NCBI GenBank assembly: GCA_030390025.1
Contig: CM059444.1
Coordinates: 32,612,001-32,676,000, forward strand
Reading direction: 5' to 3'
Source of the DNA: Squalus acanthias
Taxonomy: Eukaryota
Length of the DNA: 64,000 bases
Below are positions 38,735 through 49,143 of this stretch, one piece after another (position 1 is the stretch's first letter; every line of letters starts with the position of its first letter). Position numbers and translations under genes: made by a program. The notes under the pieces are model-generated. The model did not search any database, had not been told where the DNA came from, and saw only the letters and a program-made list of their open reading frames with translations.

Positions 38735-40262
38735 TAGAAAGATAGAAAAATAAGAGCAGGAGTAGGCCATTCTGCCCTTCGAGCCTGCTCCGCCATTCAA
38801 TATGATCATGGCTGATCCTCTATCTCAATACCATATTCCCGCTCTCTCCCCATACCCCTTGACGCCTTTTGCGTCTAGAAATCTATCTATCTCCTTCTTA
38901 AATATATTCAATGACTTGGCCTCCACAGCCTTCTGTGGTAGAGAATTACACAGGTTCACTCAACTTGTCTAATTTGCCTTGAAGCCTCTTTGCATCCTCC
39001 TCACAACTCACAATCCCACCTAGTTTCGTGTCGTCGACAAACTTGGAAATATTACATTTGGTTCCCTCATCCAAATCATTGATATATATTGTGAATAGCT
39101 GGGGCCCAAGCACTGATCCCTGCAGTACCCCACTAGTCACCGCCTGCCACCCCGAAAAAGACCCATTTATTCCTACTCTCTGTTTCCTGTCTGTTAACCA
39201 ATTTTCAATCCATGCCAGTATATTACCCCCAATCCCATGTGCTTTAATTTTGCACACTAACCTCTTATGTGGGACTTTATCAAAGGCCTACTGAAAATCC
39301 AAATACACCACATCCACTGGTTCTCCCTTATCTATTCTACCAGTTACATCCTCAAAAAACTCCAGTAGGTTTGTCAAACACGATTTCCCTTTCATAAATC
39401 CATGTTGACTTTGTCTAATCCCGTTGATATTTTCTAAGTGTCCTGTTATCACATCCTTTATAATAGACTCTAGCATTTTCCCTACTACTGATGTTAGGCT
39501 AACCGGTCTGTAGTTCCCTGTTTTCTCTCTCCCTCCTTTTTTAAATAGTGGGGTTACATTTGCCTCCCTCCAATCTGCAGGAACTGTTCCATAATCTATA
39601 GAATTTTGGAAGATGACAACCAATGCATCCACTATTTCCATGGCTACCTCTTTTAGTACTCTGGGATGCAGATTATCAGGCCCTGAGGATTTATCGGCTT
39701 TCAGTCCCATTAATTTCTCCAGCACTATTTTTTTACTAATACTAATTTCCTTTAATTCCTCCTTCTCACTAGACCCTTGGTTCCTTAGCATTTCTGGGAA
39801 GTTATTTGTGTCCTCTTCCGTGAAGACAGAACCAAAGTATTTGTTTAATTGCTCTGCCATTTCCTTGTTCCCTATTATAAATTCTCCCATTTCTGAATGT
39901 AAGGGACCTACATTTGTCTTCACTAATCTTTTTCTTTTTACATACTTGTAGAAGCTTTTACAGTCCGCTTTTATGTTCCTTGCAAGTTTACTCTCATACT
40001 CTATTTTTCCCCTCTTAATCAATCTCGGTCCTTTTTTGCTGAACTCTAAACTGCTCCCAATCCTCAGGCTTGCTACTTTTTCTGGCAACTTTAAAGGACT
40101 CCTCTTTGGATCTAATACTATCCTTAGTTTCTTTTGTTAGCCATGGTTGGGCCGCTTTTCCTTTTGTGTTTTTGCGCCAGAAAGGAATGTATAACTGTTG
40201 CAATTCATGCATTCATTCCTTAAATGTTAGCCATTGCCTATCCACCATCATGCCTTTTAATG
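38735..40262 (-). mobile_element. CR1 LINE, 5'-truncated and internally deleted, with disrupted ORF2
   Basis: KSSGPDNLHPRVLKE...PLFKKG..NYRPVSLTS...QHGF.KGKSCLTNL...DVVYLDFQ*AFD...QGSVLGP.LF..YINDL..KFVDDTKL; the RT is joined directly to the ~225-nt 3' tail at ~38960. Confidence 0.93.
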
Positions 40263-40587
40263 AAGGCTCAAATAATCAGTATACCTGCACTAAATGCCCT
40301 GCAATGATATCATCAGTATACCTGAGACAACTTCCCCGAAGCATTGTGGGTGCTACTGCTTACCACTCTGCAAAACTACCAAATTGGATCAAAACTACTC
40401 ATAATATGCAAGTTTCTTCTTAAATTTTCAACTTTCCCTCGCAAAATCCGAAGACGTGTAATTACACATAAAGTGCCTTAGCACATTTTTCTATGTTAAA
40501 GGTGCTGCATAAAGGCAAGTTGGTGTTATTACATTGAGTACTTGTCTATTCCACCTGCGACAGAAACCCATGTTTAATTTATTTGGG

Positions 40588-40900
40588 TTTTCAGAATATA
40601 TTTGAAAAAGTCCCGCTTTAGATGGGGTTCTTAAAAAGGGTTAAAGCCCATGGAATTAATGACAAATTTACTAGTTTGACTTAAAAATTCACTTGACAAT
40701 AAAAAACAGAAGATGACGATAAATGGAAAAGCCTCTATCTTTTGGGAAGGGGGAGGGTCATTGACAAATGTGTTTTTTTTAAGAAATCTGTCCTGGGGAT
40801 CCTCTGCTGTTAACAGTATTCCTAAACACTGTGGAAGAGGGTACTTGTAGTAACATAAAATTTACTGATATCAATGTTGCGGTCAGGTATTTCATGACCA
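40588..40900 (+). mobile_element. Very old CR1 RT fragment
   Basis: FQ..FEKVP...KRVKAHGI remnants. Confidence 0.5.
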
Positions 40901-41177
40901 GAATTGGCTTCCAAATCTAGCTGCAAGGACATTTGTGAAACCATGCAGGAGAAACATATTTAGTGATTTTCCTTCCATTCCTTTGAAAAAGTAGAAAGCT
41001 TCCAGTCTGCCCTTCTAACATTAGGGATAGAAAACTTTGCAAAGTGTGGATTGAGGTCACAAACCAATGCGCCTACCATTCCACAAGACGTACACTGATA
41101 CATGAACATGCTGGGCCAATCAGGTCACTCATTCAAGCTCCTGGTCAATTTAAGTAATATAGGAAAACTTCTGGACA

Positions 41178-41272
41178 CAGATCAGCCATGATCTTATTGA
41201 ATGGTGCAGTAGGCTCGAGGGGTCGTATGGCCTACTCCTGCTCCTATTTCTTATGTTCTTATCTTATATGTT
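41178..41272 (+). mobile_element. CR1 3' tail
   Basis: gatcagccatgatcttattgaatgg...ggcctactcctgctcctatttcttatgttcttat. Confidence 0.8.
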
Positions 41273-42443
41273 CACACTAAAGACATTTTGGGTTACCCTT
41301 AGTAAAAAGAGCCAATCTTTGCATTTTGGGATGGCCTTCAAACATAAACACAAACACAGGAGTTTCATACCCTCGTATCGCCGAACATTTGCAATTAGAA
41401 CCCTGATGCTAGAATGAGCTGGACTTGTCTAGGAAGTAGACCAACAGGCTAATTAATGAACTACTATCCTTGAGTAGGTGGCCTCTGGGGAACCCGGATA
41501 TCAGGAAAGATGTTTCCCGGAACATGATTTAAACACTGGGAACAAGAAAGGAGTGAAGCTTCTATTTTGAAGTCTGTTGTTAATCAAACTAATTAAAATT
41601 GCACAATTAATGTTTCTGACACATTTGTCTGATTGAGTGGCATCTTGAAAAAGGATCCATGTAATTGAGTTGATCATCTTGACTAATGGTACTGTCCTCC
41701 AAAGGGGGATCCTTGCTGGAATGGAAGGTAATTAAGCACGTGCTTTGCCCACCTAAATCAAGTATGGAGAAAGGTTCTCAGATAGTTAAAGGATGTTGTA
41801 AAGAGCTTAAGAAGCAGACCGTCAGACGTTGACACAGTGTTTTCATGAAGGTTAAGAAAAATTAAAAGTTGAATCAAACAATTGCTAGTTTAATAGCTAA
41901 CTCTCAGACAGAAAGTGCAGTATATCAATACAGCACAATAGCATAAACAGCAAGATTAGCTAAAGCTGGGAATAGAAGTTGATGACCATAAAAAGACAAC
42001 TCTGGACGACAAATTGACACAAGTATCGCCAGTGGTGAAGCCCAAATACCAAAAGGAAGGTGGAACTGTACAATGTCACATCTGTCAAGCTACTACAAAA
42101 GGAGGGGTTGTGGGTTGTATAGCTTATGCTGATGTCACAACCTTGGTACTGGAAACCTACTACAGTAGTTATATGATAAACACAGACTGTAAATTCAGCC
42201 TTGTTAGCCCATACTGTAAACTTGGGCATGGAATGTAACTGTTTTATGAGTAAAATCTAGCTCAGGCTGAGATATTGTGATACACTTAAATTACTGTTGT
42301 GCCTATGATGATTTGGATTCTGTTGATTGATATTAAATATCCAATTATTATCATGTTAATCCGATTTTGATAGACGATGTTAAATAAAATATAAATGAGA
42401 AGTCGCACAACACCAGGTTATAGTCCAACAGATTTATTTAATT

Positions 42444-42482
42444 TTACAAGCTTTCGGAACAGTTCGCTCCTTCGTCAGGTAA
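42444..42482 (-). ncRNA. Minimal hammerhead ribozyme, sense to PTPRG pre-mRNA
   Basis: UUAC-CUGACGA-A-GGAGC(GAACU)GUUCC-GAAA-GC-UU-GUAA. Confidence 0.75.
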
Positions 42483-43174
42483 GTTAGCAGTGAGAGAATC
42501 TCCCAGAATTCACAATTTAAACACAGACAAAATATATTCAAATAAGAGCACAGCCAAGACAATGAGATGTGTCCCAGGGGGTCCAACGTGTCAAACCACC
42601 TGCTGGCTGCATATCCTGTCAATCTGTGTAGGTTCTTGTGTTAGTCTTTTTAAAAAAAAAACACCTGGGAAGACCGGCCATGATGTCAAGTCACGTTCTG
42701 TATCGTGACATGAACCCGATATCGCGATTGAGGCCATCCTCATGAGTGCGGAACTTGGCTATCAGTTTCTGCTCTATGATTTTGCGCTGTCGTGTATCTC
42801 GAAGGCCGCCTTGGAGAACGCTTACCCGCCTTGGAGCGTTCTCCAAGGCGGCCTTCGAGATACACGACAGCGCAAAATCATAGAGCAGAAACTGATAGCC
42901 AAGTTCCGCACTCATGAGGATAGCCTCAATCGCGATATCGGGTTCATGTCACGATACAGAACGTGACTTGACATCATGGCCGGTCTTCCCAGGTGTTTTT
43001 TTTAAAAAAAGACTAACACAAGAACCTACACAGATTGACAGGATATGCAGCCAGCAGGTGGTTTGACACGTTGGACCCCCTGGGACACATCTCATTGTCT
43101 TGGCTGTGCTCTTATTTGAATATATTTTGTCTGTGTTTAAATTGTGAATTCTGGGAGATTCTCTCACTGCTAAC

Positions 43175-43212
43175 TTACCTGACGAAGGAGCGACTGTTCC
43201 GAAAGCTTGTAA
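43175..43212 (+). ncRNA. Minimal hammerhead ribozyme
   Basis: ttac ctgacga a ggagc gact gttcc gaaa gc tt gtaa. Confidence 0.75.
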
Positions 43213-43579
43213 AATTAAATAAATCTGTTGGACTATAACCTGGTGTTGTGTGACTTCTCATTTTTGTCCACCCAGTCCAACGCCGGCATCTCCACAAAAT
43301 AAAATATAGTACTAGTTACAGCACCTCTGTGTCCAACTTCATCTTTGATAACTCTGGCAAGTAGAAGTTAAATTGCGTTTCACTCACTTTTGTAATTTGG
43401 TCTTGGGTATGTCAGACAATCCAAAGGCAAACTAACTGAGGCATTTTCTAAACCCTAGACATGAATGGTCGATCCCAATCAAATTTTCTGCTTTGTACGT
43501 TAGAAGTGGGAAGATTCACCTGAGACTCTTTAATATATGTTACATACTGGAATTTCTGATACATGACTTCTTACATATT

Positions 43580-43865
43580 ACACAGGATTACAGCACAGAA
43601 ACAGGCCATTCAGCCCAACTAGTCCATGCCGGCGTTTATGCTCCACATTAGCCTCCTCCTGTCTTTCCCCATCCATCTCCATCATCATAACCCTCCATTC
43701 CTTTCTCCCTCATATGCTTATCTAACCGCCCCTTAAATGCATCTATACTATTTGCTTCAATCACTCCCTGTGGTAGCGAGTTCCACATTCTCACCACTCT
43801 CTGGGTAAAGAAGTTTCTTCTGAATTCCCTATTTGATTTCTCGGTGACTATCTTATATTGATATT
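43580..43865 (-). mobile_element. CR1 LINE 3' end
   Basis: acagcacagaaacaggccattcagccc...gagttccacattctcaccactctctgggtaaagaagtttc. Confidence 0.8.
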
Positions 43866-44274
43866 GTTAAGGATTCAGCTTTACTCAATCCTACAGTAAC
43901 CTAAATTGTGTCATTGTTTCTTACTATCACTCCAGGTGAATACTCCATAACCAACCTGCACAAAAAGTTCCCTTTAGACAAACTGTAAATTTACAGCGAC
44001 CTTTCTTATTGCTTTATCATACTTAATGAAGGTCATGACTTGTTACTGCAACACCACACCCTATTGAATAGTGGCTCCACCAGTTGGAGCTGTTGATCTA
44101 CAACACTTACCGCCGGGTTGCAGACAGACAATCAACGTATGCACTGAACCTAGCCTTCAGGTAATGCTTGCCAACTGCTGCTGTCCAAAGCCTCAAGAGT
44201 TTTCTCATCAGCTATTTGATGGACATCTGCCTTCAGCAACTGACTGAATATTGGTCTCAGAGCAGAACCTGCTG

Positions 44275-44465
44275 CTCATCTTCAAATAGTGCCATGAGAT
44301 GTTTTACATCCACCTAAACAGTCAGACAGTTTAATGTCTCGTTTGAAAGACAGCACTTCCTCGAACACTGCACTGAAGTGTCAGCCTAGATTATCTGCTC
44401 AAGTCCTGCAGTGGGGCTTGAACTCACAACCTTATGACTCAGAGGCAAGATTACTACTAACTAAT
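44275..44465 (-). mobile_element. Deu-type tRNA-SINE 5' half
   Basis: ggggcttgaactcacaaccttatgactcagaggcaag is the reverse tRNA-like head; aatagtgccatgagat.ttttacatccacct matches the body of the 28684 SINE. Confidence 0.7.
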
Positions 44466-44895
44466 CCACTTAGGAAACAGAAATTCTTAAAGAGATAGAA
44501 TTAATTTCCACAGAGAGATGCAGAAGTCAAAAAATGAGTATTTGCCAAAAAAGAACTGAATTCTCAGTGCAAGGTAATATCTGTGCCAAACAATTTGTGC
44601 TGTTTGAAGTTTATGTTTCCTCCGGAAATAACCTGAATAATTCCAAGTGAATTTGCTTTTCCTGTTGATCATAATTATTCAATATACAGAAATACTCTTC
44701 AGTAGTTATGGATGTTTCAGCTTGGTTCAGCAAACTCATGAACACCAGAAAAGATAATTAAATTAAGACAACCCTCTACCAGGTTTCAATGTCATAGAAA
44801 CAGGATAGCAAAAGTTAAAAGCCTACAGCTTATACGTTAGGTCAGCTAGGCTCCAATTACTTGCCTACTGCAAAAACAGCAGCTCAAAACCTTAC

Positions 44896-45034
44896 CTCCA
44901 ATAAACTAGCACCCCCACGAGGAGAATCAAGCAGACAAAAGTCAACGCTGAGACAACCACCAATGGAATTATCCATTCCATCTTGCTGGAGGGCGAGTAT
45001 GGTTGTGTGGCCATACTGGAAGAGGACCTGTCTT
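44896..45034 (-). CDS. PTPRG: PTPRG transmembrane exon (human exon 13 equivalent), 139 nt, phase 1 to 2
   Basis: ttttgtgcag|AA GAC AGG... encodes [47 protein letters not shown]; donor AG|gtaagg. Matches the PTPRG TM helix [29 protein letters not shown]. Confidence 0.97.
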
Positions 45035-45189
45035 CTGCACAAAACCAGAAATAGGAAAAAAGTAAAAACGTAAGAATTAAAAGTTAGAATAAAATCTTAT
45101 TGGATACATACAACGTGATAAGTTAATGTAGAATAGCATGATCTTGCCTTACAGGGAACAGCAAAAACTACCTTTTCTGTGGTTCTTAC

Positions 45190-45213
45190 CTGTAGAGTTG
45201 CAGAGCACTGTTC
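45190..45213 (-). CDS. PTPRG: Candidate 24-nt in-frame alternative microexon of PTPRG (GTVLCNST)
   Basis: ttttgttgcattttaaatctgtataaccacag|GAACAGTGCTCTGCAACTCTACAG|gtaaga. Phase 1-1 matches the flanking exons, no stop codon, 155 nt upstream of the TM exon acceptor. Confidence 0.5.
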
Positions 45214-46216
45214 CTGTGGTTATACAGATTTAAAATGCAACAAAATGCCATCCAGATGAGCATAATTGCTTACGCAAAACATTGGAAACTTCAATAATAA
45301 TCATGACCTCCAAATGCCACACAATGTCTAATGTTATTTTCTGTTTAAATAAAGTTTACATCATTTTCCTGTAAGCTGCAATAAGATGCAAACACTAGAC
45401 AAGCTAAGTTCACACTCAGAACCAACAATTCAAGCACTAAGGATCAGCAGCAGCAGATGCAAGCTTGCACAGTAAGTGTATGCTCTCATTTAAAATCAGA
45501 GCCCTTCACCATTGATGGAGTTAATCTCCTACAGCAGAAATGCATTATGAAGGTGCTAATGAGACAATGTCGGCGGTGAGTATCCGTGGTGTATGAATGC
45601 AGCAATAGATTTGCAATTCTCAGTGTTCCTGGCATCCAACCAACAAGCAGGAGTCAAATAGTACTTTGTAAAGGAAGACAGGCAGTCATATTTTCTGTTA
45701 ATTTTGAGTTCTTTTATTTTACAATATTTATCCACAAAGGCCTAACATTCAAAACTGTAAGTTTAACATGTCTGCCCTTTGGATCTTTTATTGGAATACA
45801 TCAACTCTGCAACAAAACTAAATCTACAACATCCTTTATTCAATTTTCTTTCAATATTTCTTCCTGTATACATGAAAAAGCTACTTTAATTTAAAGGAGT
45901 AAGATATTTATTGATTAACCTATTTCTAAATCAGGCTAAGTGCACAGGAATCGCAAGCTGACTGATTTTTAATTTAAATATATATAGTTGTAAAAGAACG
46001 ACTGGTAATTACATCCAATTTTGACTAGTGCAGCAGCAAGCCAAGTACCTTGTTTGAAGAACTGAATTTAGCTTCTACTTTATTATTTTGCATCCATATA
46101 ATATCCTCTTGTATTGCGAAAAGTCCTGGCAACTTCTTCAGCTTTGGGCAGACTTCTATCATTTTTATGGAGGTCTGCATTATACAAATGTACTTCCCCC
46201 AAGGTTATGCAGCAGT

Positions 46217-46977
46217 GGCCCAGAAATTCGGCGCTTGTTGGGTGAGTACGCGCTGTGTACTCACCCGCAAGGCCACTTGAAGTGCCGGTTTCCTGCATGC
46301 ACTGCGCATGCGCGGGAAACCGGAACTTCCGGCCTCGTGAAGGGAGGGGTTCAGAGGTGAACTGCGTGCGCGGGAAAGGCTGCGCACACGCAGCGAACTT
46401 CAGGTTTTTTTCAGGTTTCTCCGGGAAGGTAAGTATGGAAGAAGCTGCGCTTTTAAAAAGGAGGCGCAAGACCCGTTTTTAACAAAGTAAGTGGTTAATT
46501 AATTACAATTAAAAAAAATTTTCAACAGGTTTATCTTTTTTAGATACTTTAAAGAAAGGTAAGTTTATTTTTAGCACCGTTAAAAAGTATTTTAATTTTT
46601 TCAAAAATTTAATTTTTTGTTTAAAGTAGTTAATTTATTTAACTTAGTTATTTTAAAAATGTGATTTTAAAAAAAAAATTATTTGAAGTTTAGGTGTTGT
46701 TTTGGGGCCGATTTCAATTCATAGATTTGCCAGGTCTGCCTGTCAAATCAATGAATGAAAATGGCCTGCTAGGATTGGCTCTCCATGGCCCACGTGATCC
46801 ATGGGGACGCTTCGAACTAACTGCGCCCCTGGGACACGCAAGCACTGCGCGCCGGCAGCTGCAGGAGGCCCAGGACCCGAAGTTCTCGTGGGCCCAAAAC
46901 ACAACGGCAGGCGCGGTAGGTAAGTACGCGCGCGATGCTTGCACCCGCAGGAAGCCGGAAAACCGAATTTCTGGCCC
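46217..46977. mobile_element. Young CpG-rich PIF/Harbinger-type MITE
   Basis: TIRs ggcccagaaattcgg and ccgaatttctggccc; subterminal inverted motifs gagtacgcg/aagtacgcg, cacccgca, ccggaa; AT-rich core. Confidence 0.8.
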
Positions 46978-47061
46978 AAATATGGGAGGGTGAATGGAAC
47001 CAAGTTTTTTTGGGGAAAGGGCAGGAAAGAAAGAGGACAATGGACATGATGGAAAATTAAG

Positions 47062-47960
47062 AAAATATAGAAATTTTAGCACAGTAGGAGGCCATTCGGT
47101 CTTCTTTCCTGCACTGAATTTAGACCTCTCATGAGGGCTGATTGTTACACAGTTTTCTCCTTATTGTCTTTTATGTTCTTCTTTAAATAACGATCCAGGA
47201 TCTTTTTTAAAATCACATAATTGATTTAGAATCAATCACCATTAATAACAAAGCATTCAACATTCTAATAACTCTTTGCATGAAATAGTTTCTAATTATC
47301 TCCCTCTTTATGTAGCTGTTGCTAATCTATTTTAATCGCTCCACCATTGGCAGTCGTGCTTTCAGCTGCCCAAGCCCTAAACTCTAGAATTCCCTCCCTT
47401 AACCTCTCCGCCTCTCTACCTCTCTTTCCTTCTTTAAGATGCTCCTTAAAACCTACTTCTAAGACCAAGCTTTTGGTCATCTATCCCAATATCTCCTTAT
47501 GTGGCTCGGTGTCAAATTTTGTTTGATAACGCTCCTGTGAAACGCCTTGGGACATTTTACTACGTTAAAGGTGCTATATAAATACAAGTTGTTGTTTTTG
47601 TTGTTATTTACGGCCTGTTGTCTTCGATTTAGCTACCAATAGAAGTAATCTATGTTTACTTCATCTATTTATTTTATTATTTTGAATACTTCCATCAAAT
47701 CCCACCTCAATCTTCTCAGTTTGAGAGAATACAGTGTCAGTTGCTCTTAACTTTTCTCGCAACTCAGACCCGTCATCCCTGGTAAATCTACATTACACTT
47801 TCTCCAGGGATATTATATCCTTCCCATGCAGAGGAGCTCTAAACTGCACACAGTATTCCAGAGATGGCCTAGCCTAATCTGCTTTTGTATTCAGTTGCTT
47901 TGATATAAACCTGAAAATCACATTTGCTTTAATGGTTCTTTTTAAATCTGTCCCATCTCC
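47062..47960 (-). mobile_element. Old CR1 3' fragment with a nested plus-strand L2/SINE tail (47329-47605)
   Basis: atagaaattttagcacagtaggaggccattcgg reverse tail; nested ttcagctgcc..cctaaactct.gaattccctccc...gtgctatataaatacaagttgttgtt. Confidence 0.7.
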
Positions 47961-48620
47961 TATTAGGAAAAAAACCAACATTTTAAAATTACAAGAAAAA
48001 CAAAATGGAAAAAAAAACAAGCCTAAAGGAATAAACTTAAAAAAGAAAAGACCGGGAATTCAGAAAGCGACAAATAAAAATTAGGAAATAAATCAGGGCA
48101 TTAAAAAACAGACAGAAAGAGAGAGCTCACCATATTTAAATGGATTTCAATTTTGCTGAAAGGTAAAAATGACCCATTGCAAATAATTAATTTATTCTAT
48201 CAGCTACAGAAACAGGAAGTTAATCTTAATTCATGTCAAATTATTTTAAATCAATGGTTACGAAAAAGTGACAAGTAATTCATTGTAAATTAGGACGCTA
48301 TATATTCAGCTCAGAGGTTTAAATTTTCTGCAGCTTATAACTAATTTGGCTCAAATCGGCAATCAGAAGTCAATAAACACAGGTATGTAACACATGACCA
48401 AAGAATAATTATTTTATTGTCCAAGTCCTAAAAGAATAGCCAGTGAATATTCAAGTTTGGTACTCTTGAACCCCGAAGAGCCAGTGCAATAAATATTAAG
48501 ATCATCAGGAATTCCATGACCAAGAAGCTGGGCACAGGAATTTACAGTAAACTCTTTTTACGGATTATCCACATTTGATATTGGTCTTCATTTTCTAGGT
48601 TCTGTGCTTACTAACACATA

Positions 48621-48790
48621 GGGGCTAATTTTAAACTAACCCGACTGTCGAGAAATTGACGGGATCAGATCAGCCGCCTATTTTACACCCCGTTCAATTT
48701 TACTTTCCATTGAAGTCAATGGTACAGTAAAACTGGGTAGGGCGGAAAATTGGCAGCCATTCCCATCTCGTCAGTTTCCCACCGGGGGCG
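48621..48790. mobile_element. Short Harbinger-type MITE (family shared with 52491-52670), right end lost in a G-run
   Basis: ggggctaattttaa start; internal palindrome tttccattgaagtcaatgg; ttttacaccc/gtaaaa arms. Confidence 0.55.
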
Positions 48791-48849
48791 GGGGGGGGGG
48801 GTGGGTGGAGGAAGATACAGAAGAGTTCTACGATAAATAGGGAGGGCTG

Positions 48850-49075
48850 GAGGTGTCTGTGTGAATGAGTGGGAAGGAGGATAGGGTACATTGTCCCTGT
48901 GAACTGGATGATAAGGGGTGAGAAGCAGATTCAATAATAACTTTCAAAAGGGAATTGGATACATACTTAAAGAGGAAACATTTGCAGGGCTATGGGGAGA
49001 GGGCAGGGGAGTGGGACTAATTGGATTGCTCTAGCAAAGAGCCAGCACAGGCACGATGGGCCAAATGGCATCATT
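48850..49075 (+). mobile_element. CR1 LINE 3' end
   Basis: gcagattcaataataactttcaaaagggaattggat...gagccagcacaggcacgatgggccaaatggc. Confidence 0.75.
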
Positions 49076-49143
49076 CTGAGATTAATTTTCTAAATACAGT
49101 ATTCCATAAAGTGCATTCTGAGTTGAATATTCATGCAATCCAC

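Larger units (their letters stand above)
42394..43296. mobile_element. Penelope-like insertion (second family) forming a near-perfect ~430-bp palindrome with a 12-nt loop and 12-bp TSD
   Basis: Arms 42394-42822 and 42835-43263; both encode the GIY-YIG C-terminus VLQGGLRDTRQRKIIEQKLIAKFRTHE.GLNRD; loop tacccgccttgg; TSD aaataaaatata at 42382-42393 and 43297-43308. Confidence 0.92.

Noticed and set aside
42434-43238. Pairs of near-identical ORFs on opposite strands that look like duplicated genes
   Set aside because: They result from the Penelope palindrome; only the GIY-YIG C-terminal frame is meaningful.
44111-44149. 39-nt in-frame segment with a strong gtaagt donor after the TM exon
   Set aside because: The acceptor (acctgaaggctag) lacks a pyrimidine tract and the peptide has no recognisable similarity.
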